NCBI GenBank assembly: GCA_041912555.1
Contig: JAYRMU010000032.1
Location: 45,614-109,613 of the forward strand
Length of the DNA: 64,000 nt
Source: Thermoanaerobaculia bacterium
Lineage (GTDB): Bacteria > Acidobacteriota > Thermoanaerobaculia > UBA5066 > Gp7-AA6
Direction: 5' to 3'
In this document: piece after piece, positions 40,951 through 50,350 of the stretch
Position numbering within the stretch: position 1 is the stretch's first letter
Layout of the letters: each line of letters begins with the position of its first letter
Notes under the pieces: generated by a model
Seen by the model: the letters and a program-made list of their open reading frames with translations, nothing else
Database searches by the model: none
Told to the model about the DNA's origin: nothing
Translations under genes and position numbers: made by a program

Positions 40951-42651
40951 ATGTCGCAGCGCATCGTCGTCGACCCGGTCACGCGCATCGAGGGTCATCT
41001 CCGCATCGACTGCGAGGTCGATCAGGGCAAGGTCCAGAAGGCGTGGTCCTCGGGACAGATGTTCCGCGGGATCGAGACCATCCTGCTCGGCCGCGACCCG
41101 CGCGACGCCTGGATGTTCACGCAGAGGTTCTGCGGCGTCTGCACGACGGTCCACGCGATCGCGTCGGTGCGCACCGTCGAGAACGCCCTCGGGCTCGAGA
41201 TCCCGATGAACGCGCAGTACATCCGCAACCTCATCGTGATGGCGCACGCCATGCACGACCACATCGTCCACTTCTACCAGCTGTCGGCGCTCGACTGGGT
41301 CGACGTGGTGTCGGCGCTCAAGGCCGATCCCGCGAAGGCCGCGGCGCTCGCCCAGAGCCTGTCGCCCTGGCCCGGCAACAGCAGGGAGCAGCTGAAGGCG
41401 GTCCAGGACAAGGTCAAGACGTTCGTCGAGGCCGGCCAGCTCGGGATCTTCACCAACGGCTACTGGGGCCACCCGGCGATGAAGCTGCCGCCCGAGGTGA
41501 ACCTCCTCGCCGTCGCCCACTACCTCCAGGCGCTCGAGTACCAGAGGAAGGTCAACCAGGTCGTGACCATCCTCGGAAGCAAGACGCCGAACATCCAGAA
41601 CCTCGCCGTCGGCGGGGTGGCCAACGCGATCAACCTCGACAACGAGGCGACGCTCAACATGAACAAGCTCTTCATGGTCAAGGACGTCCTCGACCAGATG
41701 AGCGCGTTCATCGAGCAGGTGTACTTCGTGGACGTCTGCGCCATCGCCGGGATGTACCCCGAGTGGCTCGGCTACGGCGCCGGCGTCACCAACTACATGG
41801 CGGTGCCGGACCTGCCCCTCGACACGAAGGGCACGAAGTTCGACCTGCCCGGCGGGACGATCTTCGGCGGCGACCTCTCGACGGTCCGGGAGATCAAGTC
41901 CTTCGACGATCCCTACTTCAAGGACAACGTCACCGAGTCCATCGCCCACGCGTGGTACGACGGCGAGTGGACGAAGCACCCGCACGAAGAAGACACCGTG
42001 CCGAAGTACACGAAGTACGACGACGCGAAGAAGTACTCGTGGGTCAAGGCCCCGCGCTTCCAGGGCAAGGTCATGCAGGTCGGCCCGCTCGCCCAGGTGC
42101 TCGTCGGCTTCGCCCTCGGCCACGAGCCGACCAAGCGCTGGGCGGTCAAGACGCTCGACACCGCCGGCGCCGTGGCGAAGACGAAGCTTTCGCCGGCCGT
42201 CCTCCATTCGACGCTCGGCCGCCACGCCGCCCGCATGATTCGCACCTGCGTGATCTCGGAGCTCGCCCTCAAGCACTGGAACCTGCTCGCCCAGAACATC
42301 GGCAAGGGCGACACGGCGATCTTCAACGAGCCGGTGTTCCCGAAGGGCGAGCAGCGCGGCTTCGGATTCCACGAGGCGCCGCGGGGCACACTGTCACACT
42401 GGATCGTCATCCAGGACGGGAAGATCAAGAACTACCAGGCGGTCGTGCCGTCGACCTGGAACGCCGGGCCGCGCGACGACAAGAACCAGCCCGGGCCGTA
42501 CGAGGCCTCGCTCGTGGGCAACCCCGTGGCCAACGCGGAGCTGCCGCTCGAGGTCCTGCGCACGGTCCACTCGTTCGATCCCTGCCTTGCCTGCGCGGTG
42601 CATACCCTGGACCCGGAGGGCCGGGAGATCGCGCGCGTCCGGGCGCTCTAG
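40951..42651 (+). CDS. hybC: [NiFe]-hydrogenase large subunit (group 1c-like)
   Basis: DPVTRIEGH; L1 QRFCGVCTTVH; L2 SFDPCLACAVH plus a cleavable C-terminal tail. Confidence 0.96.
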   Translation: MSQRIVVDPVTRIEGHLRIDCEVDQGKVQKAWSSGQMFRGIETILLGRDPRDAWMFTQRFCGVCTTVHAIASVRTVENALGLEIPMNAQYIRNLIVMAHAMHDHIVHFYQLSALDWVDVVSALKADPAKAAALAQSLSPWPGNSREQLKAVQDKVKTFVEAGQLGIFTNGYWGHPAMKLPPEVNLLAVAHYLQALEYQRKVNQVVTILGSKTPNIQNLAVGGVANAINLDNEATLNMNKLFMVKDVLDQMSAFIEQVYFVDVCAIAGMYPEWLGYGAGVTNYMAVPDLPLDTKGTKFDLPGGTIFGGDLSTVREIKSFDDPYFKDNVTESIAHAWYDGEWTKHPHEEDTVPKYTKYDDAKKYSWVKAPRFQGKVMQVGPLAQVLVGFALGHEPTKRWAVKTLDTAGAVAKTKLSPAVLHSTLGRHAARMIRTCVISELALKHWNLLAQNIGKGDTAIFNEPVFPKGEQRGFGFHEAPRGTLSHWIVIQDGKIKNYQAVVPSTWNAGPRDDKNQPGPYEASLVGNPVANAELPLEVLRTVHSFDPCLACAVHTLDPEGREIARVRAL

Positions 42652-43215
42652 ATGGAAGACCTCGGCAGGGTCCGGGTCCTCGGGCTCGGCAACGTCCTCA
42701 TGACCGACGACGCCCTCGGACCCTGGGTCGTCGAGGAGCTGCGGGCGAACTGGGAATTCGCCGACGCCGTCTCGGTGGTCGACGTCGGGACGCCGGGCCT
42801 CGACCTCACGCCGTACCTCGCCGGCGCCGATGCCGTCATCCTGGTGGACACCGTGCAGGCCGACGCCCCTCCCGGCTCCGTGCGCGTCTATTCGGGCAGA
42901 GAGCTGCTGTCGCGCGCGCCGACGGCGCGCGTGTCGCCGCACGACCCGGGCGTGACCGAGGCCCTCTTTCTCCTCGAGTTCGGCGGCGCGGCGCCCCGCG
43001 ACGTCGTCCTCGTCGGCGTCGTCCCGCAGACCGTGGCCAAGGGCGTGCGCCTGACGCCTCCGGTCCGCGCGGCGGTGGCGCCGGCCGCGCTCGAGGTGAT
43101 CCGGCTGCTCGCGGAGAGGAACCTCCCCGCGCGCCGGCGCCCGGCCGCGGCGGCGGCCGCGCCCTGGTGGGAGACCGCCGCGGACGGCCGCGTCGCCCCG
43201 GACCTCCATGCATGA
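42652..43215 (+). CDS. hybD: Hydrogenase maturation protease
   Basis: LGLGNVLMTDDALG, DVGT.G, S.HD motifs. Confidence 0.88.
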   Translation: MEDLGRVRVLGLGNVLMTDDALGPWVVEELRANWEFADAVSVVDVGTPGLDLTPYLAGADAVILVDTVQADAPPGSVRVYSGRELLSRAPTARVSPHDPGVTEALFLLEFGGAAPRDVVLVGVVPQTVAKGVRLTPPVRAAVAPAALEVIRLLAERNLPARRRPAAAAAAPWWETAADGRVAPDLHA

Positions 43216-43585
43216 GCTCGGCCTCGCCGAGGAGATTCACCGCATCGCGCGGCGGGCGGCCGACGAGCGGTCCGGCGGCGCCCTGGAGTCGGTGACGGTC
43301 GCGGTGGGGGACCTCGCGGCGGTCGAGCCGCGGCTGCTCGAGTTCGCCTGGCAGGCGGTCGTGGAGGGCACGGCCGACGCGGCCGCGGTGCTCGAGGTGC
43401 AGTGGCACCCGGCGCGGCAGACCTGCGCCTCGTGCGGGGACGTCCCCGGGCGGGCGCCGGGGTCCTGGATGCGGCTGTGCCCGCGCTGCGGAGAGCCCCT
43501 CGCCGTCCAGGGCGGCGACGAGCTCGACGTCGTGCGCGTCGCGTTCGCCGGGGGCGATCCGGCGTCCGCGGAGGCGGCGGGATGA
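43208..43585 (+). CDS. hypA: Hydrogenase Ni-insertion protein HypA
   Basis: MHEL start; CASC and CPRC; G.EL. Confidence 0.92.
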   Translation: MHELGLAEEIHRIARRAADERSGGALESVTVAVGDLAAVEPRLLEFAWQAVVEGTADAAAVLEVQWHPARQTCASCGDVPGRAPGSWMRLCPRCGEPLAVQGGDELDVVRVAFAGGDPASAEAAG

Positions 43586-44271
43586 CGGAAGTCGACCTCA
43601 AGCAGAAGGTCCTCGCCGCCAACGCCGCCGCGGCGCGGGGCCTGCGCTCCGGCTTCCGCGAGGCCGGGACGCTCGTGGTCAACCTCATCTCTTCGCCGGG
43701 CTCGGGGAAGACGACGCTCCTCGAGGCGACGGCGCGTGCTCTCAAGGAGCGCCTGAAGCTGGGAGGCCTCGACGGGGACATCGCCACCGACCGCGACGCG
43801 GAGCGCCTGCGCCGGGCGGGGATCCCGGCGAGGCAGATCCTGACCGGAGGCGCCTGCCATCTCGACGCGCGCCAGGTGGAGGCGGCGCTGGCCGAGGAGG
43901 GGCCGCGCCTTTCGGGCCTCGACGTCCTGTTCGTCGAAAACGTCGGGAACCTGATCTGCCCGACGTCCTACGACCTCGGCGAGGACTTCAAGGTCGTCCT
44001 CCTCTCCGTCACCGAAGGGGACGACAAGCCCTTCAAGTACCCGGCGATCTTCGCGCGGGCGGCCGTCACGCTCGTGACCAAGGCGGACCTGCTCGCCCAC
44101 GTGGACTTCGACCTCGACGCGGTCCTCGGGCAGGTCGCGGCCCTGAACCCGTCGGCCCGGGTTCTTGTCCTGTCCGCGCGCACCGGAGAGGGAATGGACG
44201 CCTGGTTCTCGCTGCTCCTGGACGAGCTCTCGCGAAAGCGCGCGGCGCGGGGCGCGGCGTGCGCGGTCTGA
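43582..44271 (+). CDS. hypB: Hydrogenase Ni-incorporation GTPase HypB (short form)
   Basis: SSPGSGKT, GDI...DA, GGACHLDA, ENVGNL.CP, EG.DKP.KYP, TK.DL; no His-rich N-terminus. Confidence 0.95.
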   Translation: MTEVDLKQKVLAANAAAARGLRSGFREAGTLVVNLISSPGSGKTTLLEATARALKERLKLGGLDGDIATDRDAERLRRAGIPARQILTGGACHLDARQVEAALAEEGPRLSGLDVLFVENVGNLICPTSYDLGEDFKVVLLSVTEGDDKPFKYPAIFARAAVTLVTKADLLAHVDFDLDAVLGQVAALNPSARVLVLSARTGEGMDAWFSLLLDELSRKRAARGAACAV

Positions 44272-44693
44272 ATCCGGGCCCGGGGGCGGGCCCGGCCGGC
44301 CTCGATCGGCGCGAGGCTCTGGGCGCGCTCGGAGCGCTCCTCGCGCTCGGTGTCGCCTCCCCGCGATGCAGCCCGGGCCCGTCCGAGGAGCCGCTCCGCC
44401 CGGGCCAGGTCGCGCTCCCGCTCAAGAGCCTTCGGCCGGGCGCCCGAACCGTCGTGGACGTGGCCGGCAACCCGGTCGAGGTGGTGAGGTCGGCGGACGG
44501 CGTCTCGGCGCGGATGCTGCGGTGCACCCACATGGGATGCATCGTCCGCTGGAAGGAACAGACGGACGAGTACGTGTGTCCCTGCCACGACGGACGCTAC
44601 GACGAGGCGGGCAACGTCGTCGCCGGCCCGCCGCCGCTTCCCCTGCGCCCGGTCCCGGCCGTCATTTCCGGGGGCCGCGTCATCCTGGGCTAG
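44259..44693 (+). CDS. Rieske [2Fe-2S] protein with Tat-like signal
   Basis: CTHMGC and CPCHDG boxes, GPPP.PL; DRREALG N-terminus. Confidence 0.88.
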   Translation: MRGLNPGPGAGPAGLDRREALGALGALLALGVASPRCSPGPSEEPLRPGQVALPLKSLRPGARTVVDVAGNPVEVVRSADGVSARMLRCTHMGCIVRWKEQTDEYVCPCHDGRYDEAGNVVAGPPPLPLRPVPAVISGGRVILG

Positions 44694-44760
44694 CGCCCGC
44701 CGGGCGTGGTGCAAACGCATCAGGCCCTGCCTCGCGGGCGGCACGTAGCATGAGAGCACC

Positions 44761-47043
44761 GTGAGCCAGGCTGGCCGCCGGATCGAGATTCGCGGGACCG
44801 TCCAGGGCGTCGGGTTCCGCCCTTGGATCTACCGGCTCGCGCGCGAGAACGGAATCGGCGGCCGCGTCTCGAACGATTCGCGGGGCGTCACGATCGAGGC
44901 GTTCGGCACCGACGAAGCCCTGGCCGGGTTCCTGGAGGGCATCCGCGCGTCGCCCCCTCCCGCGGCGCGCATCCGCGAGCTCGAGTGCCGCGACATTCCC
45001 TCCGAGGCGTCGCGGGAGTTCGTCATCGTGGCGAGCCGCCCGTCGCCCGGCCTCGAGGTCTCCATTCCTCCGGACCTGGCGACCTGCGGCGAGTGCCTTC
45101 GCGAGGTCCTCGATCCCGCGGACCGCCGGCACCGCTACCCGTTCACCAACTGCACCAACTGCGGACCGCGCTTCACGATCGCCGCGCGCGTGCCCTACGA
45201 CCGCGCGGCGACGACCATGGCGGGCTTCCGGATGTGCGCGGACTGCCGCCGCGAGTACGACGATCCGCTCGACCGCCGGTTTCACGCGCAGCCCAACGCG
45301 TGCCCGGCGTGCGGCCCGGTCCTGTCCGCGGTCGCGCCGTCCGGGGAGCGCCTCGACGGATCGGATCCGATCCGCGCCGCCGCCCGGGCGCTCGCGGCCG
45401 GGCTCATCGTGGCGGTCAAGGGCCTCGGCGGCTTCCACCTCGCGTGCGACGCGACCTCTGCGGAGAGCGTCGAGCGCCTGCGCCGGCGCAAGAACCGCGA
45501 AGAGAAGCCCCTCGCCGTCATGGCGGCGAGCCTGGCCGCGGCCGAGGCGCTGGCCGAGCTCGGGCCGGTCGAGCGCGGGCTTCTCGCGTCGCCGGAGCGG
45601 CCGATCGTGCTCGCCCGCCGGCGTCCCGGAACGGCCCTCGCCGCGGGGCTCTCTCCCGGCAACCCGCTGATCGGCCTGCTGCTTCCGTACACGCCGCTGC
45701 ACCACCTGCTGCTCTCGGACGCCGGGAGGCCGCTGGTCATGACTTCGGGCAACCTGTCGGACGAGCCCATCGCGACCACGAACGCCGAGGCGCTCGAGAA
45801 GCTCGGCGGCGTCGCGGATCTCTTCCTCGTCCACGACCGGGACATCGCGTCGCGTTGCGACGACTCGGTCGTGCGGGAGATCGCGGGAGCCCCCTGCGTC
45901 CTGCGGCGCTCGCGGGGCTTCGTGCCGAGGCCCCTCGAGGTCAGGCCCGCGTTCGACGCGCCCGTCCTCGCGTGCGGGGGCCACCTCAAGAACACCTTCT
46001 GCGTCGGCATCGGCCACGCCGCGTACCTGGGGCCGCACATCGGCGACCTCGAGACGCTCGACAGCGTTGCGGCGTTCGAGGCCGCCGTCGAGCGGCTCGA
46101 GCGGTTCCTCGAGGTGCGCCCCGCGCTCGTCGCCCACGATCTTCACCCGATGTATGCCTCGACGGCTTACGCGCTCGGACGCCCGGGCCGCCGGGTCGCC
46201 GTGCAGCACCACCACGCGCACGTGGCGAGCGCGATGGCCGAGCACGGCCTGGAGGGCCCGGTCATCGGGGTCGCGTACGACGGGACGGGATACGGAACGG
46301 ACGGGACGGCCTGGGGAGGGGAGATCCTCCTCGCCCGGTTCTCCGGCTTCGAGCGGCTCGCGACGTTCCGGCCGATCGCGCTTCCGGGCGGCGACCTCGC
46401 GATCCGGCAGGTCTGGCGGATCGCGCTCGCGGCCCTCGAGGACGCCTTCGAAGGCGCGCCTCCGCTCGCCGGCCTGGACCTCTTCGCGCGGGTGGACCCC
46501 GGCGAGGTCGCGTTCGTGCGGACCATGCTCCGCGAGCGCGTCCCCGCTCCGCGCGCGCGCGGCGTCGGCCGCTGGTTCGACGCCTTCGGCGCGCTCGGAA
46601 TGGGGCGGCCCGCGTCGAGCTTCGAGGGGCAGGTGGCCTTCGAGTGGAACCTCGCGGCGGACACCGCCGAGCGGGGAAGCTACGACTGGGCGGTGGACCG
46701 CTCGGGCGCGCAGCCCGAGATCGACCTGCGCCCGGCGCTGCGCGCCGCGGTCGCCGACCTGCTCGACGGGCGAGGGGCCCCGGCGGTGTCGGGCCGGTTC
46801 CACAACACGCTCGCCTCTGCGACCGCCTTCGCCGTCGAGGAGGCCCGCGAACGCGCCGGCGACATGCCGATCGTCCTGACCGGCGGCTGCTTCCAGAACG
46901 CGCTGCTGGCCGAGCGCGTGCTCGAGAGGATCGGCCCGCGCGCGTCCGTCTTCGTCCATCGACGCGTGCCGCCGGGAGACGGGGGGCTCGCGCTCGGCCA
47001 GGCGATGGTCGCGGCGGCCGTCGCAAGGGAAGGAGGCCTCTGA
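44761..47043 (+). CDS. hypF: Carbamoyltransferase HypF
   Basis: GTVQGVGFRP acylphosphatase domain; two Zn fingers; VKGLGGFHL; QHHHAH; PPGDGG. Confidence 0.96.
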   Translation: MSQAGRRIEIRGTVQGVGFRPWIYRLARENGIGGRVSNDSRGVTIEAFGTDEALAGFLEGIRASPPPAARIRELECRDIPSEASREFVIVASRPSPGLEVSIPPDLATCGECLREVLDPADRRHRYPFTNCTNCGPRFTIAARVPYDRAATTMAGFRMCADCRREYDDPLDRRFHAQPNACPACGPVLSAVAPSGERLDGSDPIRAAARALAAGLIVAVKGLGGFHLACDATSAESVERLRRRKNREEKPLAVMAASLAAAEALAELGPVERGLLASPERPIVLARRRPGTALAAGLSPGNPLIGLLLPYTPLHHLLLSDAGRPLVMTSGNLSDEPIATTNAEALEKLGGVADLFLVHDRDIASRCDDSVVREIAGAPCVLRRSRGFVPRPLEVRPAFDAPVLACGGHLKNTFCVGIGHAAYLGPHIGDLETLDSVAAFEAAVERLERFLEVRPALVAHDLHPMYASTAYALGRPGRRVAVQHHHAHVASAMAEHGLEGPVIGVAYDGTGYGTDGTAWGGEILLARFSGFERLATFRPIALPGGDLAIRQVWRIALAALEDAFEGAPPLAGLDLFARVDPGEVAFVRTMLRERVPAPRARGVGRWFDAFGALGMGRPASSFEGQVAFEWNLAADTAERGSYDWAVDRSGAQPEIDLRPALRAAVADLLDGRGAPAVSGRFHNTLASATAFAVEEARERAGDMPIVLTGGCFQNALLAERVLERIGPRASVFVHRRVPPGDGGLALGQAMVAAAVAREGGL

Positions 47044-47324
47044 TGTGCCTGGGAGTTCCGGGGAGAGTCGTGGCGGTTCGGGGCAGCGTCGCCGAGGTGG
47101 ACTTCTGGGGCGTCCGGCGCGAAGTCTGCCTCGACATCGTGGACGAGCCCGTCGTCCCCGGCGACTACATCCTGAACCACGTGGGCTTCGCGATCCGCCG
47201 CATCCCCTCCGAGGACATCGCCCAGACCCTGGCCCTCTACGAGACGCTCCTCGCCGAGGCGGCGAAGGACGACCTGATGGTCGCCGACGTGCGCGGCGAG
47301 ATCGAAGGGACGGGCCGCCCATGA
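47043..47324 (+). CDS. hypC: HypC/HybG chaperone
   Basis: MCLGVPG start; GDY.L.HVGFAI. Confidence 0.95.
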   Translation: MCLGVPGRVVAVRGSVAEVDFWGVRREVCLDIVDEPVVPGDYILNHVGFAIRRIPSEDIAQTLALYETLLAEAAKDDLMVADVRGEIEGTGRP

Positions 47325-48466
47325 TCGAGAACCCCCGGATCGAAGAAGCGGTCCGCCAGCTGAAGTTCCGCGACCCCGCGACGGCCCGGCGCCTCGTCGG
47401 TACGCTCGCGCGGGTCACGAAGGAGATCGGGCGGTCGCCCGTCTCCGTCATGCACGTCTGCGGCAGCCACGAGCAGGCGATCGCGAAGTTCGGCCTGCGG
47501 GCGACCTTCCCGGAGGACCTCAACGTGATCATGGGCCCGGGCTGCCCGGTGTGCATCACCGACATGCCGGAGGTGGACGAAGGCGTCGCCCTGGCGCGCC
47601 AGGGGCACGTGGTCGCCTCGTACGGCGACATGCTGCGGGTGCGCGGGACGTCCCTGTCCCTGAACGACGTCCAGGCCGAGGGCGCGTCCGTCGAGGTCGT
47701 CTACAGCGCGACCCAGGCGGTCGAGCTCGCCCGCTCGACCGATCGCGAGGTCGTCTTCTTCGCGACGGGCTTCGAGACGACCGCGGTCGCGACGGCGGCG
47801 GTCGTTCGCTCCAACCCGCCCCGGAATTTCTCCATCCTCTCCGCCCACAAGTACATCCCGCCGGCCATGGAGATCGTGGCCGAGATGCCGGAGACCCGCG
47901 TCGAGGGCTTCCTGGCCGCGGGCCACGCCGCGACCATCACCGGCTGGGGCCTCTTCGAGCTGTTCGTCGCCCGTCACCGGATCCCGGTGGTCGTGGCCGG
48001 ATTCGAGCCCCTCGACATCCTGGCCGGGCTGGTTCGCCTCGTGGAGCTCGTGCGGGACGGCCAGCCGTCCGTCGTGAACATGTTTCCGCGCTGCGTGACG
48101 CGGGAGGGCAACCGGCGCGCGCAGGAGGAGCTCTGGAGCGTCTTCCGGCCCGCGGGGGGGCGCTGGCGGGGCATCGCGCACGTGCCCAACGGGAACCTCC
48201 GGCTGCGCGAGGAATGGGCGCACCTCGACGCGCGGCGGCGCTTCCGGATCGACCTCGCCGCCCTCTGGGACGACGCCCCGGCGGCGGTCGTGGCCGACTG
48301 CATCTGCGGCGACATCATGTCGGGCCTCGCCTCGCCATCCGACTGCAAACTCTTCGGGAAGGACTGCGTTCCCGACTCGCCCGTCGGCGCGTGCATGGTC
48401 TCCTCCGAAGGGGCCTGCCGGATCTGGCACCAGTACGGCGGCCACCCGAACCTGAGGGCGTCATGA
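47321..48466 (+). CDS. hypD: Hydrogenase maturation protein HypD
   Basis: HVCGSHE, GPGCPVC, GFETT, P.GACMVS.EGAC. Confidence 0.96.
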   Translation: MIENPRIEEAVRQLKFRDPATARRLVGTLARVTKEIGRSPVSVMHVCGSHEQAIAKFGLRATFPEDLNVIMGPGCPVCITDMPEVDEGVALARQGHVVASYGDMLRVRGTSLSLNDVQAEGASVEVVYSATQAVELARSTDREVVFFATGFETTAVATAAVVRSNPPRNFSILSAHKYIPPAMEIVAEMPETRVEGFLAAGHAATITGWGLFELFVARHRIPVVVAGFEPLDILAGLVRLVELVRDGQPSVVNMFPRCVTREGNRRAQEELWSVFRPAGGRWRGIAHVPNGNLRLREEWAHLDARRRFRIDLAALWDDAPAAVVADCICGDIMSGLASPSDCKLFGKDCVPDSPVGACMVSSEGACRIWHQYGGHPNLRAS

Positions 48467-49503
48467 GGCGGGAGCTGCTGGTCGCCGAAGAGCGCATCAC
48501 CCTGAAGCAGGGCGCCGGTGGGCGAGCCATGCGCGCCCTGATCGAGAACGTGTTCCTCCGCGACGCCCCGGAGCTGTCCGCGCGCGAGGTCGGGCCCCGC
48601 GCGATGGACGACGGAGCCGCCCTCTGGGTCGGCGACCGCTGGATCGTCCTGACCACCGACTCGCACGTCGTCCATCCCATCTTCTTTCCCGGAGGGGACA
48701 TCGGCCGGCTCGCCGTCTGCGGCACCGTCAACGACCTCGCGATGATGGGCGCGACCGAGGTCCTCGGCCTGACCTGCGGCGCGATCCTCGAGGAGGGGTT
48801 TCCGCGCACGGACCTCGAGAGAATCCAGGCCTCGATGGCCCGGGCCTGCCTCGAGGCGGACGCCCGGATCCTGACCGGCGACACGAAGGTGATGGGCCGC
48901 GGCGAGATCGACGGGATCGTGCTCAACACGAGCGGCGTCGGGCTGACCCGCCGGCTCGTGCGCGACTGCGGCCTCTCGGTCGGAGACCGGCTCCTGGTCA
49001 CCGGCGCGGTCGGCGACCACGGGCTCTCCATCCTCGCCGAGCGCCATCGGCTCAAGCTCGCGGGCGATCTCGCGTCCGACGTCGCGCCGATCAACGGCCT
49101 GGTCCGCGCCGCCCTCGACGCCGGAGGCGAAGGGATCGTCGCCATGAAGGACCCGACGCGCGGCGGGCTCTCCTCGGCGCTGCACGAGATGGCGGAGAAG
49201 AGCGGGGTCGGCATCCTCCTCGAGGAGGCGAGCGTCCCGGTCCGCGACGCCGTCCGCGCGGCCGCCGAGCTGCTCGGCATCGACCCGCTCCACGTGGCCA
49301 ACGAGGGCAAGGCCGTGATCGGCGTCCGGCCGGATCGGGCCGGGGCCGTGCTCGAGGCGCTCCGCGCCCATCCGCTCGGAAGAGACGCGGCCATCGTGGC
49401 GACCTGCGTCGCGGAGCGGCCGGGCAACGTCATCCTCGACACCGGACTCGGGCGGCGGCTGCTCGCCGAGCCCGAGGGCGAGCTCCTCCCGAGGATCTGC
49501 TGA
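48463..49503 (+). CDS. hypE: Carbamoyl dehydratase HypE
   Basis: TTDSHVV.P.FFPGG.IG.LA..GTVND; DPTRGG; C-terminal PRIC. Confidence 0.96.
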   Translation: MRRELLVAEERITLKQGAGGRAMRALIENVFLRDAPELSAREVGPRAMDDGAALWVGDRWIVLTTDSHVVHPIFFPGGDIGRLAVCGTVNDLAMMGATEVLGLTCGAILEEGFPRTDLERIQASMARACLEADARILTGDTKVMGRGEIDGIVLNTSGVGLTRRLVRDCGLSVGDRLLVTGAVGDHGLSILAERHRLKLAGDLASDVAPINGLVRAALDAGGEGIVAMKDPTRGGLSSALHEMAEKSGVGILLEEASVPVRDAVRAAAELLGIDPLHVANEGKAVIGVRPDRAGAVLEALRAHPLGRDAAIVATCVAERPGNVILDTGLGRRLLAEPEGELLPRIC

Positions 49504-49514
49504 GGACGGCGCCG

Positions 49515-50348
49515 ATGGAGCACATCCGCATCGAGAGGGACGGCGCCGTCGGGATCCTCACGATCGACCGGCGGGACCGCTTCAACTCGCTCGACGTCGC
49601 CACCGCGCGGGACTTCCGCCTGGCGGGACTGCAGCTCGCGCGCGATCCGGCCGTGCGCGCGGTCGTCGTGCGGGGAGAGGGCGGCGTCTTCTGCAGCGGC
49701 GCGGACCTGAAGTACATCCGGGCCGGCGGCGACCCGGCCGACCTCGGATACCTGCAGGAAGGCCGGCAGACGCCCGCGGGTTTTGGGGAGGTCTTCCGCC
49801 AGATCCTCGAGTACATCCACTCCGCCATCTCCGAGATCAAGCGGGCGCCCAAGCCCTTCGTGGCCGCCGTCGACGGCATGGCCGCGGCCGGGGGGTTCGG
49901 CATCGCCATGGCGTGCGACCTCGTTTACGCGTCGCCGCAGGCGGCCTTCGAGTGGGCCTACGGGAAGACGGGCCTGACCGGGGCCGAGAGCTCGACGTTC
50001 TTTCTCCCGAGGCTGCTCGGGCTGCGCCGGGCCATGGAGCTCGTGCTCCTGAATCCCCGGCTCTCCGCCGAAGAGGCCGTCGCGATGAACCTCATCAACG
50101 GCGTCTTCCCCCGGGAGAGCTTCGAGGCGGACGTCTTCGAGATCGCCCGCCGGCTCGCCGCGGGGCCCTCCGAGGCGCTCGCGGTCGCGAAGGGGCTCGT
50201 CCAGCAGGCCGCGGGCGTCGACCGCCTCGACTTCCACCTCGACCGCGAGGTGGAGGCGCTGGCGCGCGTGGCGAACGGCGCCGACTTCGCCGAGGGCCTC
50301 GCGAGCTTCTTCGAGCGGCGCCCCGCGCGATTCGACGGAGGGTACTGA
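49515..50348 (+). CDS. Enoyl-CoA hydratase/isomerase (crotonase) family protein, HypX-C-like motif
   Basis: FCSGADL and AAVDG.A.AGG oxyanion motifs; Y..TGLTGAESST.FLPR; 11 nt after hypE. Confidence 0.85.
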   Translation: MEHIRIERDGAVGILTIDRRDRFNSLDVATARDFRLAGLQLARDPAVRAVVVRGEGGVFCSGADLKYIRAGGDPADLGYLQEGRQTPAGFGEVFRQILEYIHSAISEIKRAPKPFVAAVDGMAAAGGFGIAMACDLVYASPQAAFEWAYGKTGLTGAESSTFFLPRLLGLRRAMELVLLNPRLSAEEAVAMNLINGVFPRESFEADVFEIARRLAAGPSEALAVAKGLVQQAAGVDRLDFHLDREVEALARVANGADFAEGLASFFERRPARFDGGY

Positions 50349-50350
50349 CG

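Noticed and set aside
42570-42605. [NiFeSe] hydrogenase, given the selenoprotein candidate elsewhere
   Set aside because: L2 motif DPCLAC uses TGC codons; there is no in-frame TGA.
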